Positions 25,056 to 32,666 of a DNA stretch of 33,220 bases are shown here, piece after piece. The position numbers and the translations under genes were made by a program. The stretch comes from an uncultured Candidatus Saccharibacteria bacterium (GTDB taxonomy: Bacteria; Patescibacteriota; Minisyncoccia; UBA6257; 2-01-FULL-56-20): assembly GCA_964513095.1 (NCBI GenBank), contig CAZELH010000001.1, positions 1-33,220 on the forward strand, read 5' to 3'. The stretch's first letter is position 1. Each line of letters begins with the position of its first letter. The notes beneath the pieces were generated by a model. It was given only the letters and a program-made list of their open reading frames with translations. It searched no databases and was not told the DNA's origin.

Positions 25056-25532
25056 TTAATTCAACACCCAGATCATGTAGTTGAGGTATCCGGCAAAACT
25101 CACCCACACAATGTATGGCGCCAAAAGCCACGCAGAGAGTTTTGATACTTTAGAAAACGCAATAATGGTAAGGAAAATGGCGAGCCATAAAATGACGATC
25201 TCCACAAACGCACCCCCAAAATTGCGGAAATTAAAAAAGATAATAGACCACAGCGTATTCAAAACTAATTGAGTACTGAAAATACCGAGGGCAATTTTTA
25301 CCTCTCTACGTTCCAAACCCCTCTTCCATACCAAAAACCCCGCAATTCCCATCAGGGTAAAGAGCGTCGTCCAGACTGGCCCAAACACCCAATTGGGTGG
25401 GTTAAGTGCGGGTTTAACGATGCCTCCATACCATCCATCAATAGCTGAAACGGTAAAAAACGACCCAATAACGCCAGCCAGCTGTGAAACACCAATCGCG
25501 ATAACAAGTTTTAAAAAGTTGTTGACTCTCAT
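25056..25532 (-). CDS. tspO: TspO/MBR tryptophan-rich sensory protein
   Basis: WYGGIVKPALNPPNWVFGPVWTTLFTLMGIAGFLVW plus 5 TM helices is the classic TspO pattern. Confidence 0.9.
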   Translation of the reverse strand: MRVNNFLKLVIAIGVSQLAGVIGSFFTVSAIDGWYGGIVKPALNPPNWVFGPVWTTLFTLMGIAGFLVWKRGLERREVKIALGIFSTQLVLNTLWSIIFFNFRNFGGAFVEIVILWLAIFLTIIAFSKVSKLSAWLLAPYIVWVSFAGYLNYMIWVLN

Positions 25533-25587
25533 TCCCTATATTCTACTCTTTTTAACCAAAAAACTTTTACAACTTTCTCGGGATAAA

Positions 25588-28503
25588 TCAAAATAATTTA
25601 CCCGCAGCCGTCGCCTCATTCACTCTCGCAAGCTCACAAATTTCTTCAATTGAAGCATTATTGTCTTTCAAGCTGTAAAAGTGGTTCTCACCAAGTAGAA
25701 TATACGACCATTCTCGCTCTATTCTGTCCTTTGCATCAAGAGAGTTGATGCGTTTTATCCAATGAAGAGTGGAAAGCTGTTTTTGTTTAACATTTTGGTC
25801 ATTTAAATCTTTATCGGATTTTGTTTCAATGAGGTATATTTTCTTTGCCGTTTTTACGATAAAGTCAGGAAAATAGAGGGACAGCAATCCGTCAGTACGA
25901 ATATATGAAATAGTTGCAAACGAATGAGAATACTCATTAACTTTAATCAAACTCTCAACACCAGAATCCGTATCTGCATACAGCATAAATTTTTTTTCAA
26001 ATTCACCTCTATTTGATGGGTATGCTAGGCGTTCATAAATTGTTTTAACAATCGCAAGAGAAAAATTTTCTCTCATTCTAAGCTCCGTAACTTCTGAATA
26101 ATATCGCTTTTCAATTTTTGCTTCTGTTGGTTTTATCGCTTGTTGCATATCGATAACTGCTTTGCCAATTTCTTTCACAATATGGTCCGTAATTAAACCA
26201 TTTTTTAGTAAAAGAATTTTCCAATTATTATTTACAAAAGGATCAAAGCTTTGTCTAAAGAGACGATTACGAATATAGGTATCAATAGTACTAACAATAG
26301 CGACGTTGTTAATCTGCATAGCTGGAAATACTTTATTTTTTCTCTGGCTTATTCTGGCAATCCTATTAACCACCACACCAACAATTTTTTGAAGATACTC
26401 ATTATAGCTTTGTGATTTGAAAAGAGCCGCATCAACTACATATTCTCCGAATCGAGTTTTTACTGTCATTTCTTCCGAAATAAACCTCTCGCCATCTTTT
26501 GTAAAAAACTTTTTCAAATCCTCAAGTAGGTATAGATTAAATGCCTCAAGTTTATTTACATCAATTTCAATCTCCGTCAGCTCATCATCAGCATCTCTTA
26601 TAATAATGGGCCAAAATAAGTCGTAATCTTTGTAATTTTTTTTAAGTCCAACTTTAATAATATCTCCAAGAACATCACGCTCACCTGTCGGATCTTTTTC
26701 AATCTCGCCAAGCAAACCTTCTTTCAGAAGTTCGTCGTAAAATTGGATAAACGCAGGGTGCTCAATAATAGTAAGTAAATCAAGATAATTATTAGGCTCA
26801 CGCTTTTCCGAGAGTAGTTTTCTTCTGTTATCAGCTTTTACTTCTTCAAATTCTGGTTCGCGCCACATAAGTCGAAGCCCTCGCCCAATCGTCTGTTCGA
26901 GTAAAATTGGCGCCGAAGAAGAACGAAGCGGAACAATCACGCAAATATTATTTACATCAAATCCTTCTCGTAACATAAGCACCGACACAATAACTTTTGG
27001 ATGCGCATGTTTGTCTACATTAAAAAGTCGTTGTTTGATTTCAAACCATTCCTCCTCTGGCACTTCTCCCTTTCGGTTTGAATCAATACGCATAACATCT
27101 TCCGAATTCAACCCTTCGCTTTTCAAGAATTCTTCAATGAATGGCGTGACAGAGGTATCTTCGCTCATCACCAGCATTTTCGGATGTTTATTCGATATCC
27201 CGCTTTTATCCTCAGTAAATTCAGTGAAATGCTTTTCAAGAATCCGCAACTTATTAAGTCCGGCTCGGAGCATCATTTTTTGACCGTCGGAAAGTCCAAC
27301 TACTTCTCCATTCTCCCGAATAGCATTGTATTCAAGAGGTAGATCAACGAGTTCTTTCCTCTTATCGATTGCAATAGTTTTTACCAATCCAGACCGAATT
27401 GCCGTTTTTAAATCAAAATCAACAATAATATGAGGAAAATAATGTTTAATTCTATTTTGCCCACTACCAGTTACATCATATGGCGTAGCCGAGAAATCAA
27501 TTTGTATAAACTTCGACGCTTTGTTTTTAGCGATAACATTCAAACTTTTTTGCCATTCGACTTCTTTTACTTCTCCGTATGCTTTATTCTCGTGAATATG
27601 GTGTGCTTCGTCATTCATTACCATCAAATCAGGCAAACTAGCAAGATATTCAATTTCGCGACCGCTTAAATATTGAGAGTCCAAAGAATCAAGCGCGTTT
27701 CCTCCAGATGTCCCCGGTCGCACAGGAAAGACGTCTTTCAACACAGCACTAGGATCATCAAGCGCGGAGGCTTCCTCTTCGTTTTCGTCCTCACTCATAA
27801 ATAAATGCCAATTCGCTATGGCAATGAGACCATCTCCAGTGACCTTAGTCCCGATTTCTTGTTTTCTGGCTACTGCGTTTTGTACAAAGCCAAATATGTC
27901 TTCACGATAACTAGGTGGAACAAAAATATCGCGAAATTGGTACACATCAGAAGTTTCGAAATTTCTTTCGCCTTCCATATTTTCCTTGCCTAAATACGCA
28001 TCAAGCAATCTTTCATAAACAATAAGTCCAGGCGCGACAAGGAGAAAGTTTTTTGAATATTTGCCACTTCGAGTTTCTTCATATTTTGCATTGAGATATT
28101 GCCAGATAAGAAGTGCGTGCATAACCCATGTTTTACCCGTTCCTGTCGCCATCTTTATCGCATATTTTGGAATATCATATTTCACTTTCCGAAATTCAGT
28201 CATGTCTATTTCAGACAAAAGTTCAAATTCAATATTGTCATAAATATCTTTAACGGCTTTTACCCCCATTACTTCATGCAAATAAATCGTGTTTAAAATC
28301 GCCTGACGCTGTCCTTCATGAAAATTGGCATATCTTGTTGCTCTATGCGGTTCGGTGAACCAAAAAGTGAGCAAATCACGAGTTACTGGAGTAACTTTTG
28401 CCATCATTTCTCCATTTGCCCACGACTCATTAACCCTGCTCGTAAGCTTGCTGGCAAGGCGAAGTGGTATATCTCTTGTTCCTAGTTTGATCGGGGTTGG
28501 CAT
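25588..28503 (-). CDS. res: Type III restriction enzyme Res subunit (SF2 helicase plus C-terminal PD-(D/E)xK)
   Basis: ATGTGKT (motif I), MNDEAHHI (DEAH), FSATP, QTIGRGLR (motif VI), and the C-terminal nuclease-like PDF...LIETK. The start lies 2 nt after the mod stop. Confidence 0.9.
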   Translation of the reverse strand: MPTPIKLGTRDIPLRLASKLTSRVNESWANGEMMAKVTPVTRDLLTFWFTEPHRATRYANFHEGQRQAILNTIYLHEVMGVKAVKDIYDNIEFELLSEIDMTEFRKVKYDIPKYAIKMATGTGKTWVMHALLIWQYLNAKYEETRSGKYSKNFLLVAPGLIVYERLLDAYLGKENMEGERNFETSDVYQFRDIFVPPSYREDIFGFVQNAVARKQEIGTKVTGDGLIAIANWHLFMSEDENEEEASALDDPSAVLKDVFPVRPGTSGGNALDSLDSQYLSGREIEYLASLPDLMVMNDEAHHIHENKAYGEVKEVEWQKSLNVIAKNKASKFIQIDFSATPYDVTGSGQNRIKHYFPHIIVDFDLKTAIRSGLVKTIAIDKRKELVDLPLEYNAIRENGEVVGLSDGQKMMLRAGLNKLRILEKHFTEFTEDKSGISNKHPKMLVMSEDTSVTPFIEEFLKSEGLNSEDVMRIDSNRKGEVPEEEWFEIKQRLFNVDKHAHPKVIVSVLMLREGFDVNNICVIVPLRSSSAPILLEQTIGRGLRLMWREPEFEEVKADNRRKLLSEKREPNNYLDLLTIIEHPAFIQFYDELLKEGLLGEIEKDPTGERDVLGDIIKVGLKKNYKDYDLFWPIIIRDADDELTEIEIDVNKLEAFNLYLLEDLKKFFTKDGERFISEEMTVKTRFGEYVVDAALFKSQSYNEYLQKIVGVVVNRIARISQRKNKVFPAMQINNVAIVSTIDTYIRNRLFRQSFDPFVNNNWKILLLKNGLITDHIVKEIGKAVIDMQQAIKPTEAKIEKRYYSEVTELRMRENFSLAIVKTIYERLAYPSNRGEFEKKFMLYADTDSGVESLIKVNEYSHSFATISYIRTDGLLSLYFPDFIVKTAKKIYLIETKSDKDLNDQNVKQKQLSTLHWIKRINSLDAKDRIEREWSYILLGENHFYSLKDNNASIEEICELARVNEATAAGKLF

Positions 28504-28505
28504 AA

Positions 28506-30467
28506 TTAAATTTCTTTTACCACAACACTCTCAAATCCAAAGACATCTACGGCCCGGACACAAATTTTTCTTTTTCCTTCAACTTTTGGTACTATAAATT
28601 CTGCCTTATACAAAACCCTCATTGGGTCACCATCTTTTTCTGTATTACCTCTATAATCCTGCCACACACCTTTAAAAGTTTCACCGTCATAATCAGGATC
28701 AATACTCCAATATTCTATTAGGGCAAGTGAATCCTCGGCAATAAGCTTCGATAATTTTTCTTTGTCTTTTTCATCGAGCGGCAAATTATCCGCCGAAATT
28801 AACGCATACCAGTCTAAGATAACCCTTATGCGGTCACCTTCTTTCCCAGCGCTTAATCCTTCAGCAGACTTTAATACAAGGTATTGGGGTGACGAGAACC
28901 TGATTTTACCGCTATCTATTAGTTTCTTATAGCTTGCTTTTGTTTTTAACTTATCTATCAAGTCAGGGGGTATTACCGCTAAATCCAGGTCCTCATCATC
29001 AAGTGACCCTTTTGCGTCAAGTATGTCATAAGTAAAATTCCACCCCAAAACAACAACTTTTTTCCAACCACCCATAAAAGTGTTCCTGAGTTCTTGTGCG
29101 CGTTTTAAAGTAGACAATCCAGTCATCTTATTTGGCGAATCAACCAAAACAAGAGTTTTGGTTTCTTTTATGTATCCTAAATTGCGCTGATGTTGTTCCA
29201 CATCGGCAAAAGGGATCGCGCCATAAAGCTGTAGCACCACCTGCGACAAATCACCCATTCTTCTAAACAATTTCGAGCTTGTGACAGCCTCTTTTTGGTA
29301 ATCTCCAATAGACTGATAAAGAAAAGGCTTTGCTTCTTGGTCAATAAGCCTCTTACGAGTTACTAAACTTGCCGGCTTGCCAAGGTCAGACATGATCCAT
29401 TTTCGTCCAAGTTTTTCTGCAACAGCCCCTGTTGTACCAGAACCCATAAAAAAATCAGCGACAATGTCACCCTCGTTTGAAGATGCTTTTATGATCCGCT
29501 CCAAAAGTGCCTCTGGTTTTTGGGTGTCATAGTCAACTTTTTCTGGAGATTTTGGGTCAACAACTTTTATATACCAGACATCTCCAATAACAGAGCCTTT
29601 AAACTCAATGATTACATCATCCCCTTCTGGTTTTCTTCCCTTATCTTTTATAAAACTATCAATATATGTTTGAAAACGCTTGTCGTGATAGGGTGCATTT
29701 CTTGCATAAATTTTATTGGAATCAACGTAATCGTACCACCGATTAAAATTAACTCCGGCGTTTATATCTTTTTCGTAGTCTCTATTAAATGTGCGTACTT
29801 CAGATTTGCCATATATGTAGATACTATTATGTCTACGTGGAAAATACCGATCAGTTTCAGACCAAGCTCCTTGATACTCCCAAGTAATTTCATTGACAAA
29901 ATTGTTCTTTCCAAAAACTTCATCTAGTAATATCTTTACATAATGCCCAACGTGCCAATCAATATGCACATAAATTGACCCCTTATCGGAAAGAAGCTCG
30001 TGCATAAGGGCAAGGCGAGGATAGAGCATTTTCAAATATGAAACAGTTCCATCTTTCCATGTGTCAGCATAAGCAAATTGTTCAATTACAGTCGGCTTTT
30101 GTTCTAAGTCTGCACCCGGGAGTGTTATTTTTGTCCGATAATCTGCTTTTGAATCAAATGGGGGGTCAATATAGATTAAATCTATTTTTCCACGCATTGA
30201 TTGGAGGCCACTTGAAGGGTCGCCGGAGAGGAGTGCTTGCATCGCCAAAAGATTATCGCCATAAATGATTCGATTCATCAATCCTTTCTCGTTTACTTCC
30301 GGAATTTGGCCCTTGAAAAGTCCGGCGGTATCTTTTGCTGGAAGAACTAGTTCGTTTGTTTGAAGTCCAAGCTTATTCGCTCCAGAAAGTCGCTCAAGAA
30401 TTTCCTCAACTTCTTTTCTACCCTCCGCTACTATTTTTGGCAATTCCTCAATAAGTGATTTTTTCAT
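28506..30467 (-). CDS. mod: Type III DNA methyltransferase Mod subunit (beta-class N6A/N4C)
   Basis: Motif IV LIYIDPPF precedes motif I DFFMGSGTTGAVA (beta permutation). 653 aa, adjacent to res. Confidence 0.9.
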   Translation of the reverse strand: MKKSLIEELPKIVAEGRKEVEEILERLSGANKLGLQTNELVLPAKDTAGLFKGQIPEVNEKGLMNRIIYGDNLLAMQALLSGDPSSGLQSMRGKIDLIYIDPPFDSKADYRTKITLPGADLEQKPTVIEQFAYADTWKDGTVSYLKMLYPRLALMHELLSDKGSIYVHIDWHVGHYVKILLDEVFGKNNFVNEITWEYQGAWSETDRYFPRRHNSIYIYGKSEVRTFNRDYEKDINAGVNFNRWYDYVDSNKIYARNAPYHDKRFQTYIDSFIKDKGRKPEGDDVIIEFKGSVIGDVWYIKVVDPKSPEKVDYDTQKPEALLERIIKASSNEGDIVADFFMGSGTTGAVAEKLGRKWIMSDLGKPASLVTRKRLIDQEAKPFLYQSIGDYQKEAVTSSKLFRRMGDLSQVVLQLYGAIPFADVEQHQRNLGYIKETKTLVLVDSPNKMTGLSTLKRAQELRNTFMGGWKKVVVLGWNFTYDILDAKGSLDDEDLDLAVIPPDLIDKLKTKASYKKLIDSGKIRFSSPQYLVLKSAEGLSAGKEGDRIRVILDWYALISADNLPLDEKDKEKLSKLIAEDSLALIEYWSIDPDYDGETFKGVWQDYRGNTEKDGDPMRVLYKAEFIVPKVEGKRKICVRAVDVFGFESVVVKEI

Positions 30468-30470
30468 AAA

Positions 30471-31397
30471 TTATTTTTTCTCCAGCTTGAAGCTAATTTT
30501 GTATGTATAAAAATCGATATTTTGTGCAACAGACAGGGCACGATGAATTCTTGTGTCATCTTCAAAAGCGATTATCACACCTTTAACTTTTTGATTGTCT
30601 TCAGCCAATTCTTCTTGGACATAACCCATATATCGCTGGATTTGACCGACAACAACATCGCTCACGCGACCTTTCTTGAGCTCAACAACCAAAAGCTCTT
30701 TTTTATCTTTACTAATAGCCAAAATATCTATCGGTCCGGTATCACTTGGGTATTGCTGTCCTACCTTCTCCCCTTCTTCCTCGTAGATATCGTAATGTTT
30801 ACCAAGTTCGGTGTGGTGCCAGTTTTGTACCAAAAAATCTTCCAAATGTTTCTCCAAAGCAAAAATGCTCGGGTCTTCAATCGTTTCGTCGGTAGAGATA
30901 ATAGATACAGGGCGACTTCCTGAAATAAAACTCTCTATTTCATTTCCATATTTTGAAATATTGCTAACGGTTCCAATGCTTCCTGTTGAATTGCGAAGCG
31001 ACTCACTCATTTGATCGCGGGAAATCGTGTTTGGGAACCAACGAACAGCTCTGCGGTGCGGAAGGTTATCGTTCTTGTGATATTCATATTCACCCGTGAC
31101 TTCGCCGATATAGTATTCGCCCTTCCCATTGGGACAAAGAACAATATCGCCAATTTGCACGCCTTTTACTATCGTCCAAAGCATTCCGCAAGCAAGCCCG
31201 GCAGAAATTTTTGTTTTTTCAGGATTTTGTTTGAGAAAAAGTGGAATGAATTCTTTGTTGAAGTCTCGCCAGTTATCAGATAGGTGGCTCGCAAGGTTTG
31301 TATCCTTTATAAATCCTCCAGCTATAAAATTGCCTTTGTATGCCTCCTCGGCAAAAGCACTTTTTCGACCAAGCATTATGCGATAATAATTTTTCAT
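30471..31397 (-). CDS. NucS/DUF91-like PD-(D/E)xK nuclease with an uncharacterised N-terminal domain (308 aa)
   Basis: The C-terminal GPIDILAISKDKKELLVVELKKGRVSDVVVGQIQRYMGYV matches the D...E-x-K...Q..RY pattern of the NucS C-domain. Start at ATG 31397 (MKNYYRIMLG); the track ORF to 31547 reads through the tRNA gene. The stop lies 3 nt before the mod start. Confidence 0.75.
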   Translation of the reverse strand: MKNYYRIMLGRKSAFAEEAYKGNFIAGGFIKDTNLASHLSDNWRDFNKEFIPLFLKQNPEKTKISAGLACGMLWTIVKGVQIGDIVLCPNGKGEYYIGEVTGEYEYHKNDNLPHRRAVRWFPNTISRDQMSESLRNSTGSIGTVSNISKYGNEIESFISGSRPVSIISTDETIEDPSIFALEKHLEDFLVQNWHHTELGKHYDIYEEEGEKVGQQYPSDTGPIDILAISKDKKELLVVELKKGRVSDVVVGQIQRYMGYVQEELAEDNQKVKGVIIAFEDDTRIHRALSVAQNIDFYTYKISFKLEKK

Positions 31398-31405
31398 ACT
31401 CACTG

Positions 31406-31476
31406 CTGCGGGACTTGGACTCGAACCAAGATAGCCGCCTTCAAAGGGCGGAGTCCTACCATTAGACGATCCCGCA
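31406..31476 (-). tRNA. tRNA-Gln (anticodon UUG)
   Basis: Hand-folded cloverleaf: TGCGGGA TC GTC TAATGGTAG GAC T CCGCC CTTTGAA GGCGG CTAT CTTGG TTCGAGT CCAAG TCCCGCA G. It has a 7-bp acceptor with U1-A72, a 3-bp D stem and GTTCGAGT in the T-loop, as in bacterial tRNA-Gln. CCA is not encoded. Confidence 0.9.
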
Positions 31477-31488
31477 AAATACACACCT

Positions 31489-31516
31489 ATTATGCCACGT
31501 ACACCAAAAAAATCAA
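31489..31516 (-). promoter_or_regulatory. extended -10 promoter for tRNA-Gln (and possibly the downstream operon)
   Basis: On the - strand: TTGATT (31511-31516), 16 nt, TGgCATAAT (-10 at 31489-31494), 12 nt before the tRNA 5' end. Confidence 0.45.
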
Positions 31517-31614
31517 TTTCCCCGCATTGATTTTGGCGGGTAGTCATGCCATGCTAAAACCAGTTGCACCCCCCCTCTTTTTAATAATTCCATATCACCC
31601 ATCTGGAGGTACCC

Positions 31615-32121
31615 ATGAATCAGTATATCGTTACCACACTGCTATCGATCATTCTTTTTGCAAACCCATTCCCCTATCAAAAACCGCACAGTCAAGCATC
31701 TCAAGAAAAAGTTCTTTATTTCGGTTATATGGAGCAAAACAAAATCGTTTCTATTCGATATAGCGATCCAAATTTTGCCATCTATGTAACAATTTCCACA
31801 ACCGAAGGAAAAGAGGATGATGGTCTTGGGATCATTATCCGAGACGATAAAATCCGCACCGTCCTCGGCTCACAAGAAAATCCATACCGTGAATACGAAT
31901 ACATCAAGAATGATGGGCAATGGATTCGCATTGAGCACTCATCCAATACGATGTGCGCAACCAATCAAGACTATCTTGAAAGAGAGTTTAGCGAAGAAAC
32001 ACGGACAATGATAGAAAAATGTCTGGCGTTAAAACAATACGTCGCTAAAAATGGCGCAGACAGCGCACGATTTCAAATAATTGAATTAGTGCAACCAATT
32101 GCGACCCACTACGGAAAGTAA
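31615..32121 (+). CDS. hypothetical secreted protein (168 aa)
   Basis: SD GGAGG (31605-31609). Signal-like N-terminus IVTTLLSIILFANPFP. No family recognised. Confidence 0.65.
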   Translation: MNQYIVTTLLSIILFANPFPYQKPHSQASQEKVLYFGYMEQNKIVSIRYSDPNFAIYVTISTTEGKEDDGLGIIIRDDKIRTVLGSQENPYREYEYIKNDGQWIRIEHSSNTMCATNQDYLEREFSEETRTMIEKCLALKQYVAKNGADSARFQIIELVQPIATHYGK

Positions 32122-32138
32122 AATTTTCCAAAAATACG

Positions 32139-32175
32139 ATTCCCCGAAAAAGCACAAACTTCGGGGAATTTTTTT
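32139..32175 (+). terminator. rho-independent terminator
   Basis: ATTCCCCGAA (32139-32148), 11-nt loop, TTCGGGGAAT (32160-32169), followed by a run of T. Confidence 0.85.
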
Positions 32176-32275
32176 ATGGACAATTTCGCTCTTTTTTGAT
32201 ATGATTGCAAACAGTAGCATTTGCACGTTTGATAACGTGTGAAAAAAACAATAGATATAACAGGAGTTTTGAATT

Positions 32276-32590
32276 ATGCCTCAATACACACCCGCAACCA
32301 TCAGAGTGATACTGAATAAAAATCAGTACGAGAGAAATGCCAAAACGGAAGAAGACTTCGCAAGCTACGTGAGTGGAGCGCTTTCCCACTTGTTGATGAG
32401 GAATGGGATTATCTTGAAAGATAAAAACCCAATCAACATCAATGAGTGCACGGTCGCGATTCAGATCCCGAACGAAGTGTTCGTCCTTCGAGATAACAGG
32501 TTGACAAAACTTACTTGTAAACAAATCGAAGCAGATTTAAGAGAATTTTTTATAAAAGATATTCGATTCGATCTGCGAGTCGGGGTATGA
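32276..32590 (+). CDS. hypothetical cytoplasmic protein (104 aa)
   Basis: SD AGGAG (32262-32266) lies 9 nt before the ATG. No TM helix and no recognisable family. Confidence 0.6.
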   Translation: MPQYTPATIRVILNKNQYERNAKTEEDFASYVSGALSHLLMRNGIILKDKNPININECTVAIQIPNEVFVLRDNRLTKLTCKQIEADLREFFIKDIRFDLRVGV

Positions 32591-32612
32591 TGCCCCCGTT
32601 CTTTCTTTTCGC

Positions 32613-32642
32613 AAGGTCGCCCTTAAAAAAGGCGACCTTTTT
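32613..32642 (+). terminator. rho-independent terminator
   Basis: AAGGTCGCC cttaaaaaa GGCGACCTT followed by TTT. Confidence 0.85.
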
Positions 32643-32666
32643 GATATAGTTACAGTATATAACTGT

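Noticed and set aside
25533-25590. An att-type direct repeat of the tRNA-Gln 3' end, and an integrase, marking the island boundary
   Set aside because: I found no copy of tgcgggacttggactcgaa or a recognisable fragment near the far end, and no integrase or transposase ORF in the window.
25990-25997. Homopolymer tracts as phase-variation switches (T8 in res at 25990-25997, A7 in mod at 29448-29454)
   Set aside because: The tracts are short for slipped-strand switching and unremarkable in such AT-rich sequence. There are no longer simple-sequence repeats in mod.
30471-31547. 358-aa version of the nuclease ORF from the track
   Set aside because: Its first 50 codons (…GSSNGRTPPFEGGYLGSSPSP…) are simply the tRNA-Gln gene (31406-31476) read as protein. 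The ATG at 31397 gives a sensible N-terminus.
31284-31763. 159-aa + strand ORF
   Set aside because: It lies antisense to the nuclease 5' end and the tRNA, and overlaps the well-supported SD-preceded gene at 31615. It has no start signals.
32137-32146. A third copy of the 10-mer acgattcccc from the conserved leader core
   Set aside because: Here attcccc forms the 5' arm of the 32139-32175 terminator stem, and the rest of the 20-mer is absent. This is probably coincidence or only a distant relationship.
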